A stretch of 64,000 nucleotides of DNA, from assembly GCA_944332185.1 (NCBI GenBank), contig CALVJJ010000004.1, positions 5,768-69,767 of the forward strand, in the 5' to 3' direction. The position numbers and the translations under genes are program-made. Below, one piece after another: positions 1-8,392 of this stretch; positions within the stretch are counted from its first letter, which is position 1; each line of letters starts with the position of its first letter. The notes under the pieces were generated by a model. That model worked only from the letters and a program-made list of their open reading frames with translations. It was not told the DNA's origin and did not search any database. Source of the DNA: an uncultured Clostridia bacterium. Its GTDB lineage: Bacteria; Bacillota; Clostridia; Christensenellales; UBA1242.

Positions 1-1680
1 ATATTTGGATACGGAGTCATAGGGAGATTTAGTGGACAAGAGATTGTCTCACTTTATACCCCACAATTAGACACGACTGATGTACAGATTGTCGTCAATG
101 CAAAACATTTTGATGTCAAAGTAGTCCAAGGAAAAGCCTTTGAAGTAAGATATCAAGATCATGCGATTGGTATTTATAAAGGGGAAGGAAATGCCTATAT
201 TAAAGGATATTCATACCAAGAAGAAAATACCACGAGTGAAGGCAATACCAATATTGTCACGAAAAACACGTATTCTCCTTTGTATTATGATGCTCAAGAT
301 ATGCTGATCGAATATCAGGCAGATAAGACTGCTTTTGAAAATGATATTAAAAGCAATGCTACGAAAATGGTTATTGATCTAGTAGAACCAGAAGGATATA
401 TTTGGTATAAAGATTGTGTGCTAACGATTACCATTCCACAAGATAAAACGTATGATGTTGTGATCAATGGTGGAGAAGGGAATATCACACTAGATAGTGC
501 TATATCTTATGGGTTGCTAGAGATGAATACGACAAGTGGGAATGTTTCTCTTGCAGGAGAGCAAACCAATAAAACTATTGAAAGACTCACCATGTCTACG
601 GTAGATGGTAGATTGGATTTTAGCCCTATTGACAATTTGTATATTGGAGCTAATGGCGAGTTAGGTACATTAGAAATTACCAATAGCCAAGATGGAAAAT
701 TTTCATTTGGAAATCTATATGCTTCTATTCAAGTCAAGGCAAGTGGGGTAAAATTCCAAGCCAATCATGTCCTAACCGGCAAAGCAGGATTTTATTATGA
801 CTGTCAAGAAGGATCTTTAAACATACAATCCCTAGATAGTATTCAAGATGTGGAAGGGTATACCTTGTCCAATCAAGCACAAAAAACTTACATGAATTCT
901 ATCAGTGCAGAAAATGCCACTGTCAAGATTCAAGATATCAAAGGAGATGTTTTTGTGGCTACCACGACAGGTGATGTAACACTAGGTAATGTGTATGGTG
1001 CTACTGTTGATGGACATCTTACAGGGGTGGCAAGTATTACCACCACGAATGGCAATATTACCATTGGGGCGATTAAAGAAAATTGCATTTTAAGTTCTAC
1101 GTATGGCAATATTCAAGTAAGTTACTACAAAGGGATCAAAGCCTATAGTCGTTTTGGAAATATTCAAGTAGATAATAATAGCAATGAAAATAATACTTTT
1201 GTAGGGTATTCTACCACGGAAGGCAAAGGGTATCTTGTAGAATCATTGGGATATACAACTATTTTAAGAACAGCCGATGGAGATATTACGGCAAAAGATA
1301 TCTTGACACCATGTGTCATTGAAGCAGAAAACACAGGGAATGTGAATGTGAATTTCTTACCTTTATATGCAAGTAATGCTGATGGAACAACCATCATGAA
1401 TACCACAGATATTAAGTACTATGTGGAAAGTAATAAAGGGAATATTGATGTGACCATTTTAGGTCAAACCAATACTTCATCTTTTGTGTTAGAAATTGGA
1501 GTAGCGAATAACAAAGCGTATGGAAGCATTGGGGAAACCAATGCGATAGAATATGTCGGTGGTAGCAAACAAGTGTTGCCAACGACAGCACAAGTTGATG
1601 GAACAGATACTAATTTTTATGGACCAAGAATGTATTGTGTTTCATCATCTGGTAGTGTGACATTACACACACAATTTTAA
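1..1680 (+). CDS. 5'-truncated CDS: DUF4097/LiaG-like 'putative adhesin' beta-strand-repeat protein
   Basis: Frame 1 is open from base 1; the track starts only at an internal TTG at 280. The translation repeats short G-[ND]-[IV]-x-[LIV] strands at least 10 times (GNITLDS, GNVSLAG, GDVTLGN, GNITIGA, GNIQVSY, GNIQVDN, GDITAKD, GNVNVNF, GNIDVTI, GSVTLHT), as in that family. Stop TAA at 1678-1680. Confidence 0.6.
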   Translation: MFGYGVIGRFSGQEIVSLYTPQLDTTDVQIVVNAKHFDVKVVQGKAFEVRYQDHAIGIYKGEGNAYIKGYSYQEENTTSEGNTNIVTKNTYSPLYYDAQDMLIEYQADKTAFENDIKSNATKMVIDLVEPEGYIWYKDCVLTITIPQDKTYDVVINGGEGNITLDSAISYGLLEMNTTSGNVSLAGEQTNKTIERLTMSTVDGRLDFSPIDNLYIGANGELGTLEITNSQDGKFSFGNLYASIQVKASGVKFQANHVLTGKAGFYYDCQEGSLNIQSLDSIQDVEGYTLSNQAQKTYMNSISAENATVKIQDIKGDVFVATTTGDVTLGNVYGATVDGHLTGVASITTTNGNITIGAIKENCILSSTYGNIQVSYYKGIKAYSRFGNIQVDNNSNENNTFVGYSTTEGKGYLVESLGYTTILRTADGDITAKDILTPCVIEAENTGNVNVNFLPLYASNADGTTIMNTTDIKYYVESNKGNIDVTILGQTNTSSFVLEIGVANNKAYGSIGETNAIEYVGGSKQVLPTTAQVDGTDTNFYGPRMYCVSSSGSVTLHTQF

Positions 1681-1695
1681 AACAATGAGGATCGT

Positions 1696-4122
1696 ATGGC
1701 AAAAGAATATAATTTTAGTGAAATAGAACCAAAGTGGCAAAAACAATGGGAAAAAGAACACCGTTTTGAAGTTGCTGATAAAGTAGAGGGAAAAGAAAAT
1801 GCTTATATTTTGATCGAGTTCCCTTATCCAAGTGGCAAAGGACTGCATACAGGACACGTACGCAGTTATTCAGCCATGGACGCTGTAGCTCGTAAAAAAC
1901 GTATGCAAGGATACAATGTGTTATTCCCTATGGGGTGTGATGCTTTTGGACTGGAAGCAGAACGTACAGCCATTAAAGAACACAAAATGCCTCAAGAAAT
2001 TGTAGCACGTAATATTGCTACTTTTAAAGAACAATTAAAAATGGTGGGCTTGTCTGTAGATTGGAGTAGGGAAGTCAATACTTCTGATCCAAAGTACTAC
2101 AAATGGACACAATGGTTGTTCTTACAGTTCTTTAAACATGGACTGGCTGAAAAAAGAGAAGCAGTAGTCAATTTTTGTCCAAACTGTGGAGTGCTGGCTA
2201 ATGAAGAAGTGGAGAATGGTTTGTGTTGTCAATGTGGCAGTGAAACCATTCAAAAGCCAAAAAAACAATGGATTTTAAAAATGACAGAATATGCCGATCG
2301 ATTGGATCAAGATCTAGCTATGACCAAATATATGGACCATATCAAAACCAGTCAAAAAAATTGGATCGGTGCTTCCAGTGGGGTAGAAGTAGATTTTACG
2401 ATCAAACAAGGTGGAAAATTCTCTATTTTTACAACTTGTATTGAGACCATTTTTGGTATAACGTTTATGGTGCTTGCACCAGAACATGCGTTGGTACAAC
2501 AATTAAAACCATATATCACCAACTGGAAAGAGGTAGAAGCCTATATTAAAAAGACACAAAAGAAAAGTGAATTCGATAGACTCGAAATGAACAAAGAAAA
2601 AACAGGGTGTATTTTGCAAGGCATTACAGCCATCAACCCTGTCAATCAAAAAGAAGTGCCAGTATATATTGGAGATTTTGTGTTAGCAAGTTATGGGACA
2701 GGTGCTGTCATGGCTGTTCCTACACACGACCAAAGAGATTTTGAGTTTGCAAAGAATCTTGGTGGTATTCAGTTTATTCAAGTCATTAACGGAAAAGATG
2801 TGTCCGAACATGCTTTTGAAAAACAAGACTATTTAGGAAAACATTGCACCTTGTGTAATAGTGGGATCTATGATGGTATGACTGTGGAAGAAGCAAAAGA
2901 AGCCATAACTGATGCTTTGATCCAACAAGGAGTGGCAAGAAGGACGAAGAATTTCAAAATGCGTGACTGGGTATTTTCTCGTCAAAGATATTGGGGAGAG
3001 CCTATTCCAATCATTCATTGTCCACATTGTGGTATGGTCCCAGTACCAGAAGATGAACTACCTGTGACTTTGCCAAAAGTAGAAAGTTATGACACCACAA
3101 AAGATGGAGAAAGTCCATTGTCTTTGATTACAGATTGGGTGCACGTGCCTTGTCCAAAATGTGGGAAGCCTGCAAAAAGAGAAACAGATACCATGCCGGG
3201 TTGGGCAGGTAGTTCTTGGTATTTTATGCGCTATTGTGATCCACATAATGACAAAGAATTTGCTAATTTTGAAAAATTAAAAGATTGGCTTCCAGTCGGT
3301 TTATATAATGGAGGCAACGAACACACAACAAGACACTTGTTGTATGCACGTTTCTGGAACAAATTTTTCTACGATATTGGACTTAGTCCTGTCAGTGAAC
3401 CATTCATGGAAAGAATCAGTCAAGGTATGATTTTAGGTTCTAATGGCGTCAAAATGAGTAAAAGTCTAGGCAACGTAGTAGACCCAAGAGATGTGATTAA
3501 AGAATATGGAGCAGATGCATTGCGTATTTGGGAAAGTTTCATGGGTGACTATTTTGATACGGTCAACTGGAATGATGATGGTGTCAAAGCTTGTTATAAG
3601 TTTTTAAGTCGTGTATGGAATTTGCAAGATATTTTAATTGATGGAGATACGATTAGACCAGATATGGAATATGCTTTCCATTATGCAATTTATAAAGTAA
3701 CGAACGATATTGATCATATCAAATTTAATACAGCCATTGCTGCAATGATGTCACTACTTAACGAAATAGGTAAAAAAGGATCTATCACACATAAAGAATA
3801 TAAGATCTTGCTTACCCTTCTTAATCCATTTGCTCCACATATGACAGAAGAAGTTTGGACACTTTGTGGATTTGGCACAAGTATGAAAGATGCTGTATGG
3901 CCTACGTTTGATGAGAAAAAACTTGTGAAAGAGGAAATAGAGTACGCGATCCAGATCAATAATAAAATTATCACTAGAGTCAACTATTCTACAAAACTTT
4001 CTACAAAAGAATTGGAAGAAAAAGCTTTAGCAGAAGAAAAAGTAAAATCCTTGACACAAGGAAAACAAATTGTAAAAGTGATAGTAATACCAAAAAGACT
4101 CATCAATATTATTGCAAAATAA
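1696..4122 (+). CDS. leuS: leucyl-tRNA synthetase
   Basis: 808 aa with class I HIGH motif (LHTGHVRSY), KMSKS motif (VKMSKSLGN), Cys-rich Zn clusters and a typical bacterial LeuRS length. RBS GAGGA lies 5-9 nt upstream of the ATG. Confidence 0.97.
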   Translation: MAKEYNFSEIEPKWQKQWEKEHRFEVADKVEGKENAYILIEFPYPSGKGLHTGHVRSYSAMDAVARKKRMQGYNVLFPMGCDAFGLEAERTAIKEHKMPQEIVARNIATFKEQLKMVGLSVDWSREVNTSDPKYYKWTQWLFLQFFKHGLAEKREAVVNFCPNCGVLANEEVENGLCCQCGSETIQKPKKQWILKMTEYADRLDQDLAMTKYMDHIKTSQKNWIGASSGVEVDFTIKQGGKFSIFTTCIETIFGITFMVLAPEHALVQQLKPYITNWKEVEAYIKKTQKKSEFDRLEMNKEKTGCILQGITAINPVNQKEVPVYIGDFVLASYGTGAVMAVPTHDQRDFEFAKNLGGIQFIQVINGKDVSEHAFEKQDYLGKHCTLCNSGIYDGMTVEEAKEAITDALIQQGVARRTKNFKMRDWVFSRQRYWGEPIPIIHCPHCGMVPVPEDELPVTLPKVESYDTTKDGESPLSLITDWVHVPCPKCGKPAKRETDTMPGWAGSSWYFMRYCDPHNDKEFANFEKLKDWLPVGLYNGGNEHTTRHLLYARFWNKFFYDIGLSPVSEPFMERISQGMILGSNGVKMSKSLGNVVDPRDVIKEYGADALRIWESFMGDYFDTVNWNDDGVKACYKFLSRVWNLQDILIDGDTIRPDMEYAFHYAIYKVTNDIDHIKFNTAIAAMMSLLNEIGKKGSITHKEYKILLTLLNPFAPHMTEEVWTLCGFGTSMKDAVWPTFDEKKLVKEEIEYAIQINNKIITRVNYSTKLSTKELEEKALAEEKVKSLTQGKQIVKVIVIPKRLINIIAK

Positions 4123-4149
4123 AAAATGCACCAAGAGGTGCATTTTTTT
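4121..4149. terminator. bidirectional rho-independent terminator between convergent leuS and the XRE gene
   Basis: A6-TGCACC-aaga-GGTGCA-T7. The stem is 4127-4132/4137-4142, flanked by an A-run and a T-run, so it can function on both strands. Confidence 0.8.
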
Positions 4150-4183
4150 ATGGTATAAAAGTGAAATACAAAAAAACAATAGT

Positions 4184-4426
4184 TTATTCCAAATCAAGAT
4201 TGGATTCTGTAAACAATTTATCGTCCAAAAATTCTAGTAAAGTCATGTCAAAACCATGAGCAAGTTGCATCACAGTTCTAAGAGTAATATTTTTGTTTCT
4301 TTCATTCATAATACACATCATAGTCCCATGTAAGATACCAGATTTTTGTTCTAGCCTGTATAAGGTCATATTTTTTTGTATGAGTAAATTAGAAATTCTT
4401 AAACCAACTGCTTTACATATATTCAT
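4184..4426 (-). CDS. XRE/Cro-CI family helix-turn-helix transcriptional regulator (80 aa)
   Basis: The translation (GLRISNLLIQKNMTLYRLEQKSGILHGTMMCIMNERNKNITLRTVMQLAHGF) fits the HTH_3 pattern. RBS GGAGA precedes the ATG. Confidence 0.8.
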   Translation of the reverse strand: MNICKAVGLRISNLLIQKNMTLYRLEQKSGILHGTMMCIMNERNKNITLRTVMQLAHGFDMTLLEFLDDKLFTESNLDLE

Positions 4427-4485
4427 ATTTTTCTCCTATGTATGTATACATACATATATTTTAAATAAAAATATAAAAAAATATG

Positions 4486-4501
4486 TGTAGGTATACCTAC
4501 A
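4486..4501. promoter_or_regulatory. operator-like perfect palindrome TGTAG-GTATAC-CTACA (site 1)
   Basis: 16-bp perfect inverted repeat in the divergent XRE/SLOG intergenic region, just upstream of the SLOG-gene -35 hexamer. Confidence 0.55.
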
Positions 4502-4508
4502 TAATGGT

Positions 4509-4536
4509 TTGATAATTTTGTATAATCTTATATAAT
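4509..4536 (+). promoter_or_regulatory. sigma-A-type promoter for the SLOG-family gene
   Basis: TTGATA (4509-4514), 16-nt spacer, TATAAT (4531-4536). The tataatctt unit is tandemly duplicated at 4521-4539. Confidence 0.55.
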
Positions 4537-4540
4537 CTTT

Positions 4541-4558
4541 ATGTAGATATAACTACAT
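4541..4558. promoter_or_regulatory. operator-like palindrome aTGTAG-ATATAA-CTACAt (site 2)
   Basis: Same half-sites and same 6-nt spacing as site 1. It sits immediately downstream of the -10 hexamer, at the expected transcription start. Confidence 0.55.
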
Positions 4559-4569
4559 GAGGTAAAAAT

Positions 4570-5148
4570 ATGAATAAGTCTTGTTGTTTTATTGGACATA
4601 GAAAAATCAATTTGACAAAACAATTAGAAACACAATTACAAAAAATAATAGAATCTTTAATTGTGCATCATCAAGTCAATGTATTTCTATTTGGCAGTAA
4701 AAGTCAATTTAACGATATCTGTCATGCTGTGGTGACGTCTTTAAAGGAGAAGTATCCATGGATCAAAAGAATTGCATATACTTGTCAAAGTGAAAGTTGT
4801 ATTTTAGAAAAAGAAAAAGAAAAATGGAAAGAGCTCTATACTACAGTATTATCCAAAGATATTCCTTTACTTTGTATGGAAGAAGAATATCATTATCCAG
4901 CAAAATACAAGGCCGGTAAAGCAAGTTATGTAGAAAGAAATTATGCGATGATAGATCATAGCCAGTATTGTATTTTTTACTATGATCCCTCTTATACCAT
5001 ACCCATTCGGCAAAATTCAAAAAATAAGAATGCACTTTTTAGACCATCTTCTGGCACACAACTGGCCTATCAATATGCAGTAAAAAAGAAAAAGATCTTA
5101 CTCAACTTGTTTCACAACGAAAGCATAATGATAAACATTTTTGAATAA
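4570..5148 (+). CDS. SLOG-fold / DUF1273 (YpsA-like) family protein, divergent
   Basis: 192 aa. The N-terminal CCFIGHRK followed by FLFGSKSQFNDICHAV resembles the CCFTGHR...G-x-x-G-x-D/E pattern I recall for SLOG/DUF1273 proteins. The assignment rests on motifs only. Confidence 0.4.
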   Translation: MNKSCCFIGHRKINLTKQLETQLQKIIESLIVHHQVNVFLFGSKSQFNDICHAVVTSLKEKYPWIKRIAYTCQSESCILEKEKEKWKELYTTVLSKDIPLLCMEEEYHYPAKYKAGKASYVERNYAMIDHSQYCIFYYDPSYTIPIRQNSKNKNALFRPSSGTQLAYQYAVKKKKILLNLFHNESIMINIFE

Positions 5149-5458
5149 ATATGCTTTTACATTATACATAAGATCATCTTGATACAAAGAATATACTAGA
5201 TGTATTTTTTAAAAATGGTATCTTTCAAGTACTTGGTACTTCAAAAAACACAAAATAAGACAAAAATGTCAAAAATGTGACAAAAGGGAAGTTTTTGACA
5301 AAAGCAGTATACTTATTGTGTAAAAAAGTTGGTTTTGGTAGGTATTATTGTAAACAACCAATTTTTTAAGGAATATGATGTCTAACAAATTTTGTCGAAT
5401 TTGTGCAAATCGACTAACGCTTTTTCCTTTACATCTAGGGGGTAAAGTGATATGCTTT

Positions 5459-5506
5459 AAGCAAGATATTGTGGTTGACAGTTTTGTTGGATACAATATA
5501 TTGTGT
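5459..5506 (+). promoter_or_regulatory. tandem NrdR boxes overlapping the nrdDG promoter
   Basis: Box 2 (5491-5506, atacaatatattgtgt) matches the 16-bp NrdR palindrome acaCwAtATaTwGtgt at 15/16. Box 1 (5459-5474, aagcaagatattgtgg) matches at 12/16. Centre-to-centre spacing is 32 bp. A TTGTGG-17-TACAAT promoter (5469-5497) is embedded. Confidence 0.6.
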
Positions 5507-5532
5507 TTTATGCAAGGGAGGAGTGGATAAAT

Positions 5533-7653
5533 ATGTATTACGTAATTAAGAAAGATGGAACACATGAAGAATTTAATATTCAAAAGGTTATCAATGCGAT
5601 CACAAAATCTGCGAATCGTGTTTTGCACGAGTTTACAAAACAAGAACTAGATGATATTTGTGCTTTCGTAGAGAATAGTGTTGCTCGTTATGGTTCGAAT
5701 GAGATTCCAATTCGTGCTATGCACAACATTGTCGAAGGTGCACTAGAAAACGTGAATCCAGATGTTGCAAAGTCTTATAAAGATTATAGGAATTACAAAC
5801 AAGATTTTGTGCACATGTTAGATGAAGTGTACAAAAAGAGTCAAGCCATTATGTTTATTGGAGACAAGGAAAACAGTAATGCTGACAGTACACTGGTTAG
5901 TACAAAACGTTGTTTGATTTTTAACCAACTCAATAAAGAATTGTATCAAAAATTCTTTTTAACCACAGAAGAATTGCAAGCTTGTCGTGATGGGTATATT
6001 TATGTCCATGATATGAGTGCAAGAAGAGATACCATGAACTGTTGTTTGTTTGATGTGGCTCACGTCTTAAAAGGCGGATTTGAAATGGGTAACATTTTCT
6101 ACAACGAACCAAAAACGCTTGATGTTGCTTTTGATGTAATTGGAGATATTGTGTTATCAGCTGCTAGTCAACAATATGGTGGATTTACGGTTCCTAATGT
6201 AGAAAAAATATTAGCTCCTTATGCAGAAAAAACGTATAACAAACAATATGCAAAATACATAGAACTTGGTCTTAGTGAAGAAAAAGCAAAAGAACAAGCA
6301 AAAAAAGATGTTGCGTATGATATGAAACAAGGTTTCCAAGGGTGGGAATACAAATTTAATACCGTAGCATCTAGTCGTGGGGATTATCCATTTATTACGC
6401 TTACAGCAGGCAATGGTACAGGAGAATTTGAAAAATTAGCCACTATTACCATGCTCAATGTAAGAAAAGAAGGACAAGGAAAACCTGGGTTCAAAAAACC
6501 AGTTCTATTCCCAAAACTTGTCTTCCTTTATGATGAAAACTTGCACGGGAAAGGCAAGCCTTTAGAAGATGTTTTTGAAGCTGGAATTGCTTGTTCTAGT
6601 AAAACCATGTATCCTGATTGGTTAAGTCTAACGGGAGAAGGGTATGTGGCTAGTATTTATAAAAAATATGGTGAAGTTATTAGCCCTATGGGTTGTCGTG
6701 CTTTTCTTTCTCCATGGTTTGAAAGAGGTGGTATGCACCCTGCTGATGATCAAGACAAACCTGTCTTTGTAGGTAGATTCAATATTGGTGCTATTTCTTT
6801 ACATTTGCCTATGATTTATGCAAAAGCACAAAAAGAAAGCAAAGATTTCTTTGAAGTTTTGGATTATTACTTAAACCTAATTAGAAAACTACATCTTCGT
6901 ACCTATGATTATTTGGGAGAAATGCGTGCTTCTACCAATCCACTTGCTTATTGTGAAGGTGGTTTCTATGGTGGACATTTGCATTACAATGATAAGATAA
7001 AACCTATTTTAAAATCTGCAACTGCTTCTTTTGGAATTACGGCACTCAATGAACTACAACAATTATACAATAAAAAGAGTTTGGTTCAAGATGGCGAATT
7101 TGCTTTAAAGACGATGGAATTTATTAACAAACGTATCAACGAATTCAAAGAAGAAGATGGTAGATTGTATGCTATCTATGGGACACCAGCTGAAAGTCTA
7201 TGTGGATTGCAAATCAAACAATTCCGTAAAAAATATGGCATTGTTGAAAACGTTTCTGATAGAGAATATGTATCGAATAGTTTCCATTGTCATGTGACGG
7301 AAGATATTACACCAATTCAAAAACAAGACCTAGAAAATCGTTTTTGGAACTTACTCAATGGTGGAAAAATTCAATATGTAAAATACCCGGTCAATTATAA
7401 TCTAGAAGCAATCCGTACACTGGTAAGACGTGCGATGAAGATGGGATTCTATGAAGGAGTCAATTTGAGTCTGTCATACTGTGATGATTGCGGACATCAA
7501 GAACTCAATATGGACGAATGTCCAAAGTGTCATAGCAAGAATGTGACAAAGATAGAGAGAATGAATGGATACCTATCCTTTAGTCGTGTCAAAGGAGATA
7601 CAAGGCTGAACAGTGCGAAAATGGCAGAAATAAAAGAAAGAAAATCAATGTAA
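5533..7653 (+). CDS. nrdD: anaerobic ribonucleoside-triphosphate reductase (class III RNR)
   Basis: N-terminal ATP-cone (MYYVIKKDGTHEEFNIQKVINAI), C-terminal Zn ribbon (CDDCGH...CPKCHS) and glycyl-radical motif (RMNGYL). The start is moved to ATG 5533, 9-10 nt after AAGGGAGGAG; the track's GTG at 5503 lies inside the promoter/RBS region. Confidence 0.95.
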   Translation: MYYVIKKDGTHEEFNIQKVINAITKSANRVLHEFTKQELDDICAFVENSVARYGSNEIPIRAMHNIVEGALENVNPDVAKSYKDYRNYKQDFVHMLDEVYKKSQAIMFIGDKENSNADSTLVSTKRCLIFNQLNKELYQKFFLTTEELQACRDGYIYVHDMSARRDTMNCCLFDVAHVLKGGFEMGNIFYNEPKTLDVAFDVIGDIVLSAASQQYGGFTVPNVEKILAPYAEKTYNKQYAKYIELGLSEEKAKEQAKKDVAYDMKQGFQGWEYKFNTVASSRGDYPFITLTAGNGTGEFEKLATITMLNVRKEGQGKPGFKKPVLFPKLVFLYDENLHGKGKPLEDVFEAGIACSSKTMYPDWLSLTGEGYVASIYKKYGEVISPMGCRAFLSPWFERGGMHPADDQDKPVFVGRFNIGAISLHLPMIYAKAQKESKDFFEVLDYYLNLIRKLHLRTYDYLGEMRASTNPLAYCEGGFYGGHLHYNDKIKPILKSATASFGITALNELQQLYNKKSLVQDGEFALKTMEFINKRINEFKEEDGRLYAIYGTPAESLCGLQIKQFRKKYGIVENVSDREYVSNSFHCHVTEDITPIQKQDLENRFWNLLNGGKIQYVKYPVNYNLEAIRTLVRRAMKMGFYEGVNLSLSYCDDCGHQELNMDECPKCHSKNVTKIERMNGYLSFSRVKGDTRLNSAKMAEIKERKSM

Positions 7654-7665
7654 CGAAGGTGAACC

Positions 7666-8211
7666 ATGAATTATCATAATATTACAAAAGACGATATGTT
7701 AAACGGTGATGGATTGCGAGTGGTGTTGTGGGTAGCTGGGTGTAGTCATGCTTGTCCAGGATGTCACAATCCAGAAACATGGGATCCTAAGAGTGGTATC
7801 GAATTTGACGAAGCAGCAAAGCAAGAACTGTTTTGTGAATTAGAAAAAGACTACATATCTGGTATTACGTTTAGTGGAGGAGATCCTTTGTATTGTGGCA
7901 ATCGTGAATGTGTGACAAAATTAGCAAAGGAAATTAAAGAAAAATATCCAACAAAAACCATTTGGTTGTATAGTGGTTATGTGTATGACCAAGTCAAAGA
8001 TCTAGAAATCATGAACTATATTGATGTGTTTGTTGATGGAGAATTTGTGCAAGCATTACTAGATCCACAATTAAGATGGAAAGGAAGTAGCAATCAAAAA
8101 GTGATTGATATGAATAAAACAAGAATGGTAGGATCCATTGTGCTATATGTGGACAACAACTATGAAAAATTGGAAGATTGTCAAACACAATCTTGTAGTT
8201 GTGGATTTTAA
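7666..8211 (+). CDS. nrdG: anaerobic RNR activating protein (radical SAM)
   Basis: GDGLRVVLWVAGCSHACPGCHNPETW cluster motif, 181 aa, immediately downstream of nrdD, with RBS GAAGGTGA. Confidence 0.93.
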   Translation: MNYHNITKDDMLNGDGLRVVLWVAGCSHACPGCHNPETWDPKSGIEFDEAAKQELFCELEKDYISGITFSGGDPLYCGNRECVTKLAKEIKEKYPTKTIWLYSGYVYDQVKDLEIMNYIDVFVDGEFVQALLDPQLRWKGSSNQKVIDMNKTRMVGSIVLYVDNNYEKLEDCQTQSCSCGF

Positions 8212-8293
8212 GTACCATAATCGTTTTCATTGTAGGTGTACTATGTTATGTACCATACGTAAAGATAGTATATTTCACATAAAACAAAACAAT

Positions 8294-8326
8294 AAAAAAG
8301 ATACCTTGATCGGTATCTTTTTTTTT
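8294..8326. terminator. bidirectional terminator between convergent nrdG and tyrS
   Basis: A6-GATACC-ttgatc-GGTATC-T9 (stem 8300-8305/8312-8317, extendable through the A/T flanks). Confidence 0.8.
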
Positions 8327-8392
8327 GTATAAACAATTTATTGTGTGGTGAGACCTATGCTTTATGATATAGATTGCATCACGATCACTTAT

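Noticed and set aside
1681-1695. T-box leaders upstream of leuS, and at 9635-9691 upstream of tyrS.
   Set aside because: The gaps are 15 nt and 57 nt, far too short for a leader of about 200-300 nt. No GGGTGGTACC-type T-box sequence is present; the only one in the window is at 42871-42890 ahead of pheS.
5149-5532. Cobalamin riboswitch upstream of nrdDG.
   Set aside because: No B12-box-like element (conserved G/C-rich core) and no multi-stem structure is discernible. The region is almost entirely A/T, and NrdR boxes explain the regulation.
5269-5643. 124-aa minus-strand ORF spanning the nrdD promoter and start.
   Set aside because: It overlaps the NrdR boxes, the RBS and the ATP-cone of nrdD. 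It has no RBS and an implausible sequence. The ORFs 1663-1857, 33806-34054 and 42715-42996 (which lies over the T-box leader) are rejected for the same reasons.
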